Origin: Balanoglossus misakiensis
Taxonomy: Eukaryota; Animalia; Hemichordata
Direction of reading: 5' to 3'
NCBI GenBank assembly: GCA_040954595.2
Contig: CM082577.2
Coordinates: 12,965,903 to 13,029,902 of the forward strand
DNA length: 64,000 nucleotides
This document shows positions 23,101 to 34,406 of the stretch, in pieces. Each line of letters opens with the position of its first letter. The stretch's first letter is position 1. The notes under the pieces are model-generated. The model searched no databases. It was not told the origin of the DNA and was given only the letters and a program-made list of their open reading frames with translations. A program made the position numbers and the translations under genes.

Positions 23101-26100
23101 TCCCCACCCCTCTCCTCTGTCAGCAATACTTACAAAATTCAGCATAAACTTTGTCGCTGGTGACGTGTAATAGGCTCCTAGTTTTCCATATGGAGATTTT
23201 TCAGATAGAGTCCAAACAAATATACATATCGGCAGTATACAAAGAATTAACTGAACAAAATAAAGAAAAAGGTTGAATTAAGAAAAGATAACGTACATGT
23301 AAACTCTAGATGTTAAATACACACACACGTGCACGCACAAGCACAAAAACAAAACGCACCCGCAATCACAAAAGAGTGAATCTCTCGAGATCGTCGAAAT
23401 ACAGTTTTTATTATTTGTTTAAAATGTTTATGGTTTTTTTAAATTGAGAAAATATTAATTTACCTTCGCTGCGAACCATTTTGAATTCTGCAATTTGCCA
23501 GTCCACAGGTCATTCAAAATCATTCGGAAAGTTTGTGATTCCTTGGCGTCTAAATAACTTGAAATCACCAGAATACTTTCATTACCCCACTCTCGATGAT
23601 TTTTCAAAATCATTTGATGGGTCTTCTCGGGATCCTCTTTGAAGCACTTAAACATTACATCATTAGCAAAGGTCTTGTATTTCCTTAAAGAGAAAGAGGG
23701 GGCGAACGAAGATGCTTCGTCAGAAGAAAATGAGTTGACAATGCTAAAGATGTCTGTGACATCTGGCTTCCTTAATTGTTTTACTTCGTGCTAGGGCGTC
23801 AAATCGCGTAATACTAGTAATTGCATTCCGGGTAAAAGGTTAACTGTGCTATTTTTACTTTCTTTGGCCAAACCTTTCTGTAGTTAGCATATTAAACTCA
23901 TTTAACTTTTTTTCACATTTTGTTATTTTATGTTACAAAGTTTCAGAATGACCATTTCTTAAACATGGCAGAAATCAGCCATTTAGATTTTCATCACTCA
24001 CCTAGGTAGCAATAACCTGTTTAAGGTAGGGAGAATTGTGCGATCTCGGTGAGAACCCCCTTCTAAGAAAGACTGGAATGCGAACTCCTATTGAGTGCAT
24101 CCTGCAGCCAGGCGTGGGCTGACATTGAATGCCGAGTCTTGACTTCCTCGACAGATAAACATGCAACTAACCAACCACTCCGTATCATGTAACCAACCAA
24201 CCAACCATTCCGTATGTTAGTATTTGTATACCAGCACGGGAGTGTGAGAGTGCCTAGGGCATATACATCAACACACTCGCCAGCGATTCAAACGACACCC
24301 GAAGACTTTTGTGACACCATCGCATGCACTCACCTCGCATAAAAGTTGAGGTCGCTCGAGTGTTCACTGGAAATTTCCTGCACCTTACTGTATAATTTAC
24401 TGAGGAGCTTCGCCGCACTGAGTGAGCCACCTAGAGGAAAATGTGAAAGTCTTTACAGGACGCCTCAGTGATTGTTCAGTCAAACTGTTAACTTTCCCAC
24501 CTTTTATTCACAAATTGTTGTGTTAGTTGCCTTACTTCATAGAATAGCATTCTAAATATTGGTTTGTGAACACTGCAAGGATCTTATCCCATTACCCCGT
24601 AAGCGTACTTAATTTTAATGTCCACTTGTACGATTATAGACAATTTTCCGCTCATTCCACGAGACCGGGTCTGTTATATCTCGCATTGTTAGGCATTTAA
24701 TGATCGTCCGACAAAGGAATGTTTTGTTAAATTCTGCACCTACTCTAGTTTTACACAAACCTTGATTTAGATTGGGCCCTTACTACGGTGAGTAGCCAAT
24801 GGGGGAGGGGGGTCGTCATTTGGAATATAAATTTACGCAAGTGGTCTGTGTAAGAGGTTTGGGACATTTTCGGTAGAATGGAGAAGTGTACTCCGTGTAA
24901 TTGAAGTGTCACAACCTTGAATGCTCACCAATTAACGAGGATATCTCGCTCTCAGTCTCTGCCTCAGCCCAACCACTGCTGAAGACAGACAGCGCCAATT
25001 GCTGCCGGTCGCATAGCAACGCCCAAAAGAACAGATCTCTTTTATGACATATATCGCCACCCTTTTTGTCGAAAAGACAGCAGCAAGTTCTCCCGAAACA
25101 TCTACCTAAAAGGAATGGAAACAGTATAAAGAATGAAAACGCGAACGGTTGGTGGGTGAACATGAGGAAAAAAACACATATCAGCCAGCAACGAGCGAGA
25201 AGATTCGAAAATTTGTGAAAATAACTACAGATTTAGAACTATTCTTCACGCCTTTTACCTCCTTCGGTATAATTAGAAGCGAAAGTATTGAAAAGGAAGT
25301 GGAAACACAGTCACCTAAATTTATCGGTAACTCACCCCCAAAGTATGATGGCCCAAGTTCATACCGATGCTGAAATTGTTCCGGTAACAAATCACAGATC
25401 TTATCACCGACACACACCATCATTTCTTCTAACATGGTGGACTTATCCGAATCATTCTGAAGGGGGAATTCGACATTTGTCTGTTGGCTGTTTTTTCGGC
25501 ATTGTGTCCACATTCAAACCCGATGAAAGTGTACTCAAGTATATGCAGGTTGATTATTTGAGTTGATGGTACTGTTGGAGGGGAATACTGTCCCCGTCGG
25601 GGTTATTTTATGTTCAGTTGAGCGATGGAAACTTTTCTTTCGGCGTGTGTGTCATTGTTTGCTCGTGTGAATGCGTGTGATTGAGGGAGCGCTCACAACT
25701 GCAAACTTCTTCGTCAGTGACCCATTCTTTTAGAGGTATCGATTCGGTTCAGTGATTGTGTTCGCTGACTTCCGTTTCCCGGTCTTGTTAATTAAAATCG
25801 GCACGGTAGGTTTTGAGTAAAAGAATCGTCAAAGACAATATTTCATTTTGGGCTGTGATGTTTGGTCTCTTGTTGTTTGATGGCTTCGCGAGGACACGGC
25901 TGACTACGACGTCTTAGGGACTGTCCTGGTCACATGAGAACGTGTGACAGAGCCGATTAGAGGGGCGTCAGAGTCTTTTTTCAAGGTTCAAAAGAATTTC
26001 TATGTCATCTCCCAATTTAGTAACTCTTAAATAAAACTCTTACCGTTTTAATTGTGATGGCCACAGATTTTAGCCATGGCGGACACTCGTCACCCTCAAT

Positions 26101-26953
26101 GACCTATTCGCCGATAATAGGAAATAAATTTCAACTAGAAAGTTAAAGACGTCAAAATCTAGTAATAAACACGTACATCGCCATTAAAATGCATTTTTTT
26201 CCCAACTAGGCTAGAGGTTAACATTCCTAAATTGTGAAGCAAAACGTATCCACTCGTAAAACACTCGTACCAGTCCCGTACTGTGATTCGTAAAACGCAA
26301 ATACGACATGAATGAAAACGAAAGCGATTGATTTAAGAGTGTGCCCGATTTGGAACGCGTTGCCACAAAACAAAAGCGCTGCACCCAAAATGCAAGGTGC
26401 TGAGTTTGGCCTGGGCTACGCACATACTATCACGTGTCTTGTACTTATCGCCTGAGAAACCAGCCAACGTTTTATGATATGCTGAATAAACATTGGAGCA
26501 GTTCCTTCGAGTGGTTTGAAGTAGACTATTTAACACGTCATTTACCACTTATCAACATCTTACTTCCTTCTTTACAGACTATTATTTATGTGTCCCTGTA
26601 AGTATTGTTATATTACTCTTTTCTCATACTCACATGACGGTACAGATCTTTTAAATGATTTTGGGAAAACTCGAATTCGTTAAGAGCGACCTTGCCCCTT
26701 CTTATGTCTTCCAATTCATTGAGCAATTGCCAGGTTGGTTTCTGGAAAGCACAACAACATGAGATATATTTTGCAGTGCATATACATGTACAGTTAAACA
26801 GCGAGCCCAAAAGGGATAATATACGCAATAAAACCACAGACAGAAGTGTGTAAGCATATACATACATACATACATACATACATACATACATACATACATA
26901 CATACATACATACATACATACATACATACATACATACACACACACACATACAT

Positions 26954-26984
<31 letters not shown>

Positions 26985-27129
26985 TACACGCACAGGATTT
27001 TATCCAACTTTCACACATGACCATGGTTCACTTAGTCACACTTACTGATTGTTCTTTACTCTTGACAGACTTATCCTTTCCTGCAGGAGAAGTTGTCTGT
27101 GTGGCGCCTACTTTGTTGCAACAAGACAT
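20183..27129 (-). CDS. TRPM-like cation channel, short and divergent (~693 aa in my model; 5' and 3' ends uncertain; possibly decaying)
   Basis: In-phase exons: 27129-27046, 26741-26634, 25456-25336, 25105-24929, 24430-24334, 23683-23464, 23250-23134, 22949-22806, 22427-22161, 22063-21886, 21275-21107, 20971-20700, 20310-20183. TRPM motifs: RDLFFWALLCDR, LNDLWTG, YYTSPATKF, EELRQ, WNSID, LGPKVSMI, pore PYWQIYGEL, S6 NILLLNLLIAVF, and EEYLARPILPPPL. Confidence 0.88.
21493..21744. mobile_element. Academ-type (AcademH-like) palindromic MITE in a TRPM intron
   Basis: TAG...CTA termini with ~75-bp imperfect TIRs; 9-bp flanking duplication CATCATTTC / CATCGTTTC. Confidence 0.65.
22605..22758. repeat. 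Degenerate (GATGT)n pentanucleotide microsatellite
   Basis: Directly visible. Confidence 0.93.
26855..26993. repeat. (CATA)n/(CA)n microsatellite
   Basis: Directly visible. Confidence 0.96.
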
Positions 27130-27607
27130 TCGGCCGATCTCTAGATGTCTTCACTCTGACAAGACGGAAGGAACTTGCTGGCGACACACTCGCGCTCCAG
27201 TCTGGACTGAGCAGACGCGGACGCATTCTCCGACCTGATGAAACCATCTCCTTTATTTATGACTCCCGTGCGAAGAACGTGGGAGTGATTCGTTTACAAC
27301 TAACCCATTGGTCGACTTCTGGGGCGACCCACTTCGGCCAGTTGGCTTCAGTGTGCGCAGGCTCTGTTCTTCCCTTCCCCTGTTGATCCATGTACCGACA
27401 TATTTTGGGGTTTGTGTTAGTTTTAATCATAAGACAACAAATGTCGTTCTAACGCACAGTTTATGTAAATGACAGATTTGCCACGTAGAAGTGATTAAGA
27501 TATTGAAGCATTTACCTTCTGTGTGATTAATTAAGTGCACAGCTATGCGTGTACATTCAGTAAGGTGGTTTGCCATGTTCCGAGAAGATGTCCAACATAA
27601 TAAAATT

Positions 27608-28116
27608 AAAGCAATAACCCCCATGGCAGGCGGGTAGAGGCCTATAGGAGATTTTGGTGCAAATCGAGACATATAGCAAGAGCCGTTAGGCGAGTGCTAT
27701 ATGGAGTGAATTGTACCAAAATCGCTGTTATATTAGAACAATTGATTTTGTGGCCTATCAGTGTAATTTTCTTAACGAAACAGCGTCAGAAAAAGAAGTT
27801 ACGATAGTGAACCAACATGGCGACCAAGAATGTAAACACGAGCGGCCCGGGATCGAGCATTTAACACGAAGCACGCGACAAAAAGTGACAAACGTGCAAA
27901 ATATTCAGAGCAGAGCAGTTCAAAAATAAAACGTCCGTAAATTCAAGTTTTTTTATGTTATTTATTTGGTTTAATCCCACGCGATTGTGGTTTAACCGCA
28001 CATTTTTCCTGCTGCATGCTAGTTCAGGGGCCCGTTTTACCACTGCCAGCAGTAGTAAACCAGTATTTTACCATCGCTCTCGTTCAATCAGAATCGCGGA
28101 CGGTAGCATGATATAA
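27608..28116. repeat. Interspersed repeat, second copy of the 19115-19646 family
   Basis: Colinear similarity with 19115-19646. Confidence 0.85.
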
Positions 28117-30529
28117 TATAATACACACTGCACAATGTTCAAAAATTGCTAGCGTCCCAGGTGACACCAAGCTGTGGACAAATTCCGGTTGCGCTTTCCT
28201 CCACTATTTCACACGAACGACACCGTGCAGTTTTGAGGATTTGAAAATAGAGGTGGGCCTGCCCGTGGAGTAAGCCACCAAGCTGTGCTTGTGTCAAAAC
28301 AGGTCCAATGATCATTCATATTATGTAAATTGCTACGTTCAAGAAACAAGAGATAATGGGACAATTGCAATTGAGTCCATCTTTAATCCACCGGAAAGTG
28401 GTGGTACGATGCATGCGGGTACTACACCTATCAACTTTGACCCATGTAAAAGAAATTGTGCAGTTTAGCCAAGTCACTACACGACACCCATGTTGCGAGC
28501 CAAAGACAGGAACGTTGCCATTTCAGTAACGGATGTTCAAAGTACCCGTTATTGCATGGTCATTGTGTGTTTTATTGGATTCGAATGCGCAACCAGCCAT
28601 ACCAATTCATACAAGGAGGAAGTAGCACAAAAATAACACTTGTTAAAATAATCTCTACTATAAAAACGGTCCGGTAACCACCTGGATTATTATCAATGGC
28701 GAGCCAGGGCAACCGTGGAGACCATTTTACCGACAAAGGGGCGTGCATGTTTGCATGTGGCTGTATGTCCCCATAAATGTAGTAAATCTCGATTTCTACC
28801 TTCGAGATAGCCTGCCTGAATCATGACATCCCGGGAATTACGGTAGGCCTACGTGTATTCATATAGAAGACGCGTGTGTCTTTCTGATTCAAGACGGTCT
28901 AAACAGAGTTCCCATTTCAACACGCTGATTGAATCGGAATTTTCCATTCAAAATTTTATTTTAAATACTTATTCATACCGATAAATTTTTCTTTTAACTT
29001 CAGTTTTGCCTTCAGTTGCCGTCAAAGTAGTTCACACAACGTGAAACACGGTGAATTCGATTTCTTGTGACGTGCACTTAGTTCTTCAAACCGAGTGCCA
29101 CGACCTATTCCTAACAAAAAGAAACACATCCTTGCTGATTTACGACGGAAAGAACCAGCCCAATAGCATCAAATAAAGTTATAATTCTAGAATATGGCGG
29201 ATGTCTACAACCTTCAAGAACCTGAAAGCCGGCAGCTAGAGACGTCTAAAATAAAACAACGGTGTCTCTGCCAGACTAAAAAACTCACCAAGTCACAAAC
29301 ATGAAACTTTATACAGTTTACTGTATTCGTATCATAAGGCAGTTATTACTTCTCAGTCGCAAATTTTCATTTAAAACTCCTTTGGGCCAAAGCTTTACCC
29401 AGTATTTAAATATAATTAAAGCAACGACGGAAATGTCCAACGTCTTGGGTCAAGATAAAATACATTTAATCCCACATCCTTTCATGACAAATGTCGTCAT
29501 TTACAGCACTCATCCGTATTATTAAGCCAGGAAACTGTTTGGTGCTTTCAAGGGGAGATGGCCGGTCTAAGTTGTTATGCTGACCTATGAAATACTCAAG
29601 TTGCCGTGCTTCGATAATAACTGATATCGCTACGTCTTGGTACGAAGCATGGGTGGTATGGGTTCCTCATTTCCAACACATCCTGCGAAATCACCTTCAG
29701 GCGCGATTCCCGCACTACGAGCACGGACTGTGGTGTGAAATACGTTACATGCGAAAACTTAAAAACTACATGATAACCCCCCCCCCCCCCGAAAAACATA
29801 AGCATTCAAATGCGGCTAAACTGTGGAGAGTTGCCTATACGCTTGTCAACATACCCCGGTCCATGATTTATAACACTGAGCTGTAAATTTTTAGTTTAAA
29901 CACAGGAGTCAGCCGCTAAGAAAGGGCTTTGTTTGTTGAAATTGGGTGCGGGTGATTTTGTGAACTACATAGGAGACCAAAACACGCGTCGAACCGAGGC
30001 ATTCGAGAAGACAGAATAAAACCTTCTATTAAAGCTCACAACAAACACAAACCTTACAAATATTTATGACCGATTAACACACTCCCACGCGTGACCCGCT
30101 TGTAGTACACGTATACAACCACTTTTAATATATATCACAATGACAATTAAAGCTTCAAGGGGTATTACCAGGATCTCGCACGCAATAAACCGTTGACTTG
30201 GCCTGCCAAATTCCTTTATCTATATGGTCTACAAAGGAAAAGTATTTTCGTTTCAGTATACAATAAACCCAGCGATGCTTGTTGCCGAGTAACACCCCTC
30301 GCGAACAATTCTAATTTTACAGTGTTTGCACTTTTATAGTGTTCGACACACCTCCATTTCCCATGCTATCGTTGCCCATGGTGGTATAGTATGTAATTAT
30401 ATTGGATCACACTGGCAAAGTATCTTTTGAAACGTTCGGTACCGCGTAGATGATTTGGCGGGTGTGTGTGTGGGTGGATGTATGGATGGATGGGCGGTAG
30501 AATTAGCGCAGAAGCTAAACCCCAAATGT

Positions 30530-31050
30530 TGGCATAATTGTGCACTTTGGGTTAAAAGCACGAAACTTGGTACACTTATGCATTGACCCATGGCGGCCAT
30601 TTTCTGATATGAAAATCAGAATGCACTGTTTCTGAGTGTTACAAATGACCAAAAAGTGCCATTAATGGGGGGAAAGTGTGAACGTCAGTTTCTGGCCACT
30701 AGAGGGCGCTGTCATTTTGGAGCCATATCAGAAAATGGCCGCCATGGGTCAATGCTATGCATGCATAAGTGTACCAAGTTTCATGCTTTTAACGGGAAGT
30801 GCACAATTTTAAAGTATGAATGTCTGTTTCTGGCCACTAGAGGGCGCTATCATTTTGGATCCATATCAGAAAATGGCCGCCATGGGTCCATGCATAAGTG
30901 TACCAAGTTTCATGCTTTTAACGGGAAGTGCAGAATTTTAAAGTATGAATGTCTGTTTCTGGCCACTAGAGGGCGCTATCATTTTGGATCCATACCAGAA
31001 AATGGCCGCCATGGGTCAATCCATAAGTGTACCAAGTTTCATGCTTTTTT
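30530..31050. repeat. ~130-bp unit repeat (one inverted partial unit plus 3 direct units) carrying CTCF- and YY1-like motifs; related copy at 63432-63650
   Basis: TGGCCACTAGAGGGCGCT at 30693, 30831 and 30960; AAAATGGCCGCCAT in each unit; inverted unit at 30530-30611. Confidence 0.9.
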
Positions 31051-31115
31051 CATTTGGCTACCCCTATATATAGGGAAGCTCCGCCTTTAACTGCCCCACT
31101 ATCAGGCCAAATACG

Positions 31116-31355
31116 TGCTGTTCCAATTACCCGACCTACCCTAATTTTATCCCGCCGACCCTAAACTTTTTAGAGCTTCGTAAATCAGAAGTAATAACAA
31201 TGTCAAATATACAAAATTTATGAAAATTGCGAGTCACGCAAGAACTATGACGTCATTCTTCAACAATACGATGGCCGAAGACATAAAAATTGCAAAATAA
31301 AAAAAATCCCTACCTACCTACCGTATTTTTGAAAATCATGTAATCGGAACAGCAC
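31116..31355. mobile_element. Short TIR element (MITE)
   Basis: GTGCTGTTCCAATTAC ... GTAATCGGAACAGCAC inverted ends. Confidence 0.6.
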
Positions 31356-31987
31356 ATTTACAGGGAAAATTAATTGAGTGTCCGGTTTGCTTTCTAGGGT
31401 TGACAACTTTGTTTCCCCCATACAAGTAGAAAATTAAAACATTGTAACAACTTTTATCGGGAACTCATTGTATACATGTCTTCACTGCACAACTCACTAT
31501 CCATTCATTGACTGCACACACACACACCTGCAGGGTCACACTGAATGGTCCATATCAGGCGCCGAGTCTTTTTCAAAGCCTATTTCTGAAACTTTAAACG
31601 TTAACCATGAAACCAACTCTTGTTCCTATGTAAGTGCTATTGAACTCACTAGAGATATCAATATATTTTATCACATTTCGACTTTCAAGACTGAACATTT
31701 TTTCTCGAAAAAGACTAGTAAAAAAAAACGTGAACGGCTGACAAATTTTAACACAACTCGCCCCCCACAAACCCGAAATTTATATTTGTCTAGATTTTTC
31801 AGTTGAATTTTAACCGACAGTAAACTAACAATGGAACGACTGATTTGATTTGGAGTAATGTCTTCAGAACATTTTCAACAATGAATCAACTAGCACTGAC
31901 TGCGAATCACCAATATTTAGTCCTGTTTGAAGAAAGACTTATCGCCAGTCATTTCATTTGGCTCCGGTACTTTCTGGGGATCAACAT

Positions 31988-34277
31988 TCATCGGCCGGCC
32001 ACGTACATAACAGCAGGGTTTGAAATATTTTGGCTATAGAGGGAGCTACCATATGCCACTGGTTGTCCGGGGTTTGGTGGTAAATAACCATACGCCGCGG
32101 ATAAAATTGTTTCATTTGCCTGAACGGATCGTAAAAGTAGTAATTCAAAAATGGTTGCTGCTGAGCTGAATGTTGAAATGTCTGGCTTGGTATTTATTGT
32201 TGATAGATGATTGACAGGTTCAATTGTATTATCGGGGCCGGGGGTGCATGGAGTTGAAGATGGTGTCTGTTCAGCCAGACTTTCCTTCATAGTCTGGTCA
32301 AGTTGTTGCTGTTCAGAGGGATGGACTACACTGCCATCTTCAGCACACATCGAAGGAACAGGTGTACTTTCCATCACTGTTCGCCTGAAACTTCAATGGG
32401 AATATTGTATTTGATTCCAGTTTTTCTTTGATGGGATTATTGCGAGGTTTAAAAGAAATATCTCGCTGGTGAGTCTTGTTGAACTCTTCAATGACTGCCT
32501 GAAATGTATGGCTCGCAAGTTCTACATTCTCCGGGATTTTCCCCTTGTAATACTTCTGAAGTATCGCCTTATCAGTCGCCAGTTCCTGAGTGCGCACAAC
32601 TACTTCCCCGCCACTAGTTAGAAAAAGATACTTTTCTTGATTGCTTCGAACCAAACGGTCATGAATACGCTCAGAAAAAGAATTTTTTGGTGCTGCCCAA
32701 TGCCTGACGCTTGATGTCAATCGTCTGTTACTTTTGGTTTTCTGTATTTTCGATAATATGTCATTTAGCCTGCATTCACAAACACCTCTGGAGGGGGGGG
32801 GGGGGGCAGGAGAATTCAAATTTTTTTACCGTTAATTTTCACATGCCCCCCGTACACAACCCGAAATATTTTCAAATCCCCCCCCCTCTGAACTGCTAAA
32901 ATTTGGAAATCCCCCCCCCCCATTTTCTTTCACACAGCATAACACATCACCTATCAATCTTGTAAAAAAGAAAAACACCGCTCCCATGAAAAGAATTTGA
33001 AACTGATGTTTTCCCTAGCTCATCAGTGGGTATTAACACTGAACATTGTTTATATTTTGTAAGTATTTGTATTCTGTGTTGGCAGACATTGTAAACCGAG
33101 AAGTGAAGGGGGTGGGATTGGGAGGGGGTGTCCCCCTCCCATGTAACAACATTTTATAAAATACAGAGATCAAAGCATGAGCGGCATTTTAATGAACCCG
33201 GCAAAAGCAAATTAACTCAACTACCGGTATGTTTGGTAGGACAAATTTAACCGTCGCCGCTCAAAGTTATCATGGGGTGGGGGCAAGTCCCCTGGGACAC
33301 TAGATAAACCAGTCAATGATTGAAAGGTGTTGATGAATGAAGGGGGTGGGTGTGGGAGGGGGTGTCCCCCTCCCACATTAGAAAATGTTGTATTCTGAAG
33401 GGTTCAAAAGTGCATTTTTGTGGACTTAAAATAAATATTTCGTCCTCAAAGTTTTCAAGTCCCCCCCTTTCAGTCCCTAAATTATATTCAAATCCCCCCC
33501 ACTTACATACCCTCATTTTTTTCAAATCCCCCCCTCAATTCTCCTGCCCCCCCCCCCCTCCAGAGGTGTTTGTGAATGCAGCCTTAGTTCCGCTGCGTTG
33601 ACGTCAACACACTGCTCGGCGGTCTTGCATGGTCCGTTTGGACATTTGTCACGCCTGTGCGATCCCAACAAATGACATTTTCTCCCGGCAACCGTGAACT
33701 CGGACGACAGTACTTTTTAGAAACGACCGAATGACGTTCTTCTAGAAGGTTTCGCTCCTTTTCTAGAAGTGTGACTTCTTCTTCACGTTGCTCGATGTAT
33801 CGCTCTATGGGTGATTTGTATTTGTACGTATCAAGGAAATTCCTCGCCGCGGCGCCAAATTGTCACGGTTCACATGCAAACCTTCGAGAGCCGGTGGTGA
33901 ATGTTCTGGTTCCGGTGTCTGGCTGACATCTATGGTATGGGTTGTCGATAAAGCTGCCTGGGCTTCAACGTCCTGTCGATTTGAAGTCCTTCGTTCGCCT
34001 TTGGGCTTTCTTCATCCCGCAAACCCAGTTTTGAACCGGGTGTTTGTAGTTTTGCAACGGCGTTCAGCAACATTCTCCGGTGAACATCACTAACTTTGCA
34101 CGTGAACTTCTCCAGATCTTTTAGTTTCAGAAATTTCACATGAGTTGTGTTCACAAAATCCAACCGACGAAAATCACTGGCATAATTTTCAAGCGTTGGA
34201 TCAATATTTCGAAGAAAGTCTTCAACATCAACCGGACTTGCTCTGGGTGTGTTCATTTTGCGGGAACTTGCAGGCAC
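31988..34277 (-). pseudogene. Intronless SAM-domain + Cys/His zinc-knuckle protein gene, frameshifted and MITE-interrupted
   Basis: SAM-like segment VEDFLRNIDPTLENYASDFRRLDF...LKLKDLEKF...HRRMLLNAVAKL; coiled-coil-like YKSPIERYIEQREEEVTLLEKERNLLEE; RKCHLLGSHRRDKCPNGPCKTAEQC. Removing the 32768-33583 MITE rejoins NAAEL|NDILSKIQK...IHDRLVRSNQEKY...LQKYYKGKIP in frame. Confidence 0.72.
32768..33583. mobile_element. PIF/Harbinger-type MITE (short relative at 44618-44803)
   Basis: TIR GCCTGCATTCACAAACACCTCTGGAGGGG / CCCCTCCAGAGGTGTTTGTGAATGCAGCC; TTA TSD at 32765-32767 and 33584-33586. Confidence 0.9.
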
Positions 34278-34406
34278 TGTTTAGGTCGCGGCCTGCTTTG
34301 AGTAAAAAAAAAATCCGCCTTTTTGGCACAATATTTGCATAAAAGTATCAACTTTTCTTCACGCTATGTTCGGCACTTGCCATAGCATGCATAGGGGGTG
34401 GGTATG

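Noticed and set aside
28130-28850. Coding-looking segment upstream of TRPM as the missing SLOG exons
   Set aside because: The frames I translated are interrupted by stops and show no TRPM N-terminal motifs.
30656-31090. 144-aa Cys/His repeat ORF (and 63455-63832)
   Set aside because: Translation of a non-coding interspersed tandem repeat.
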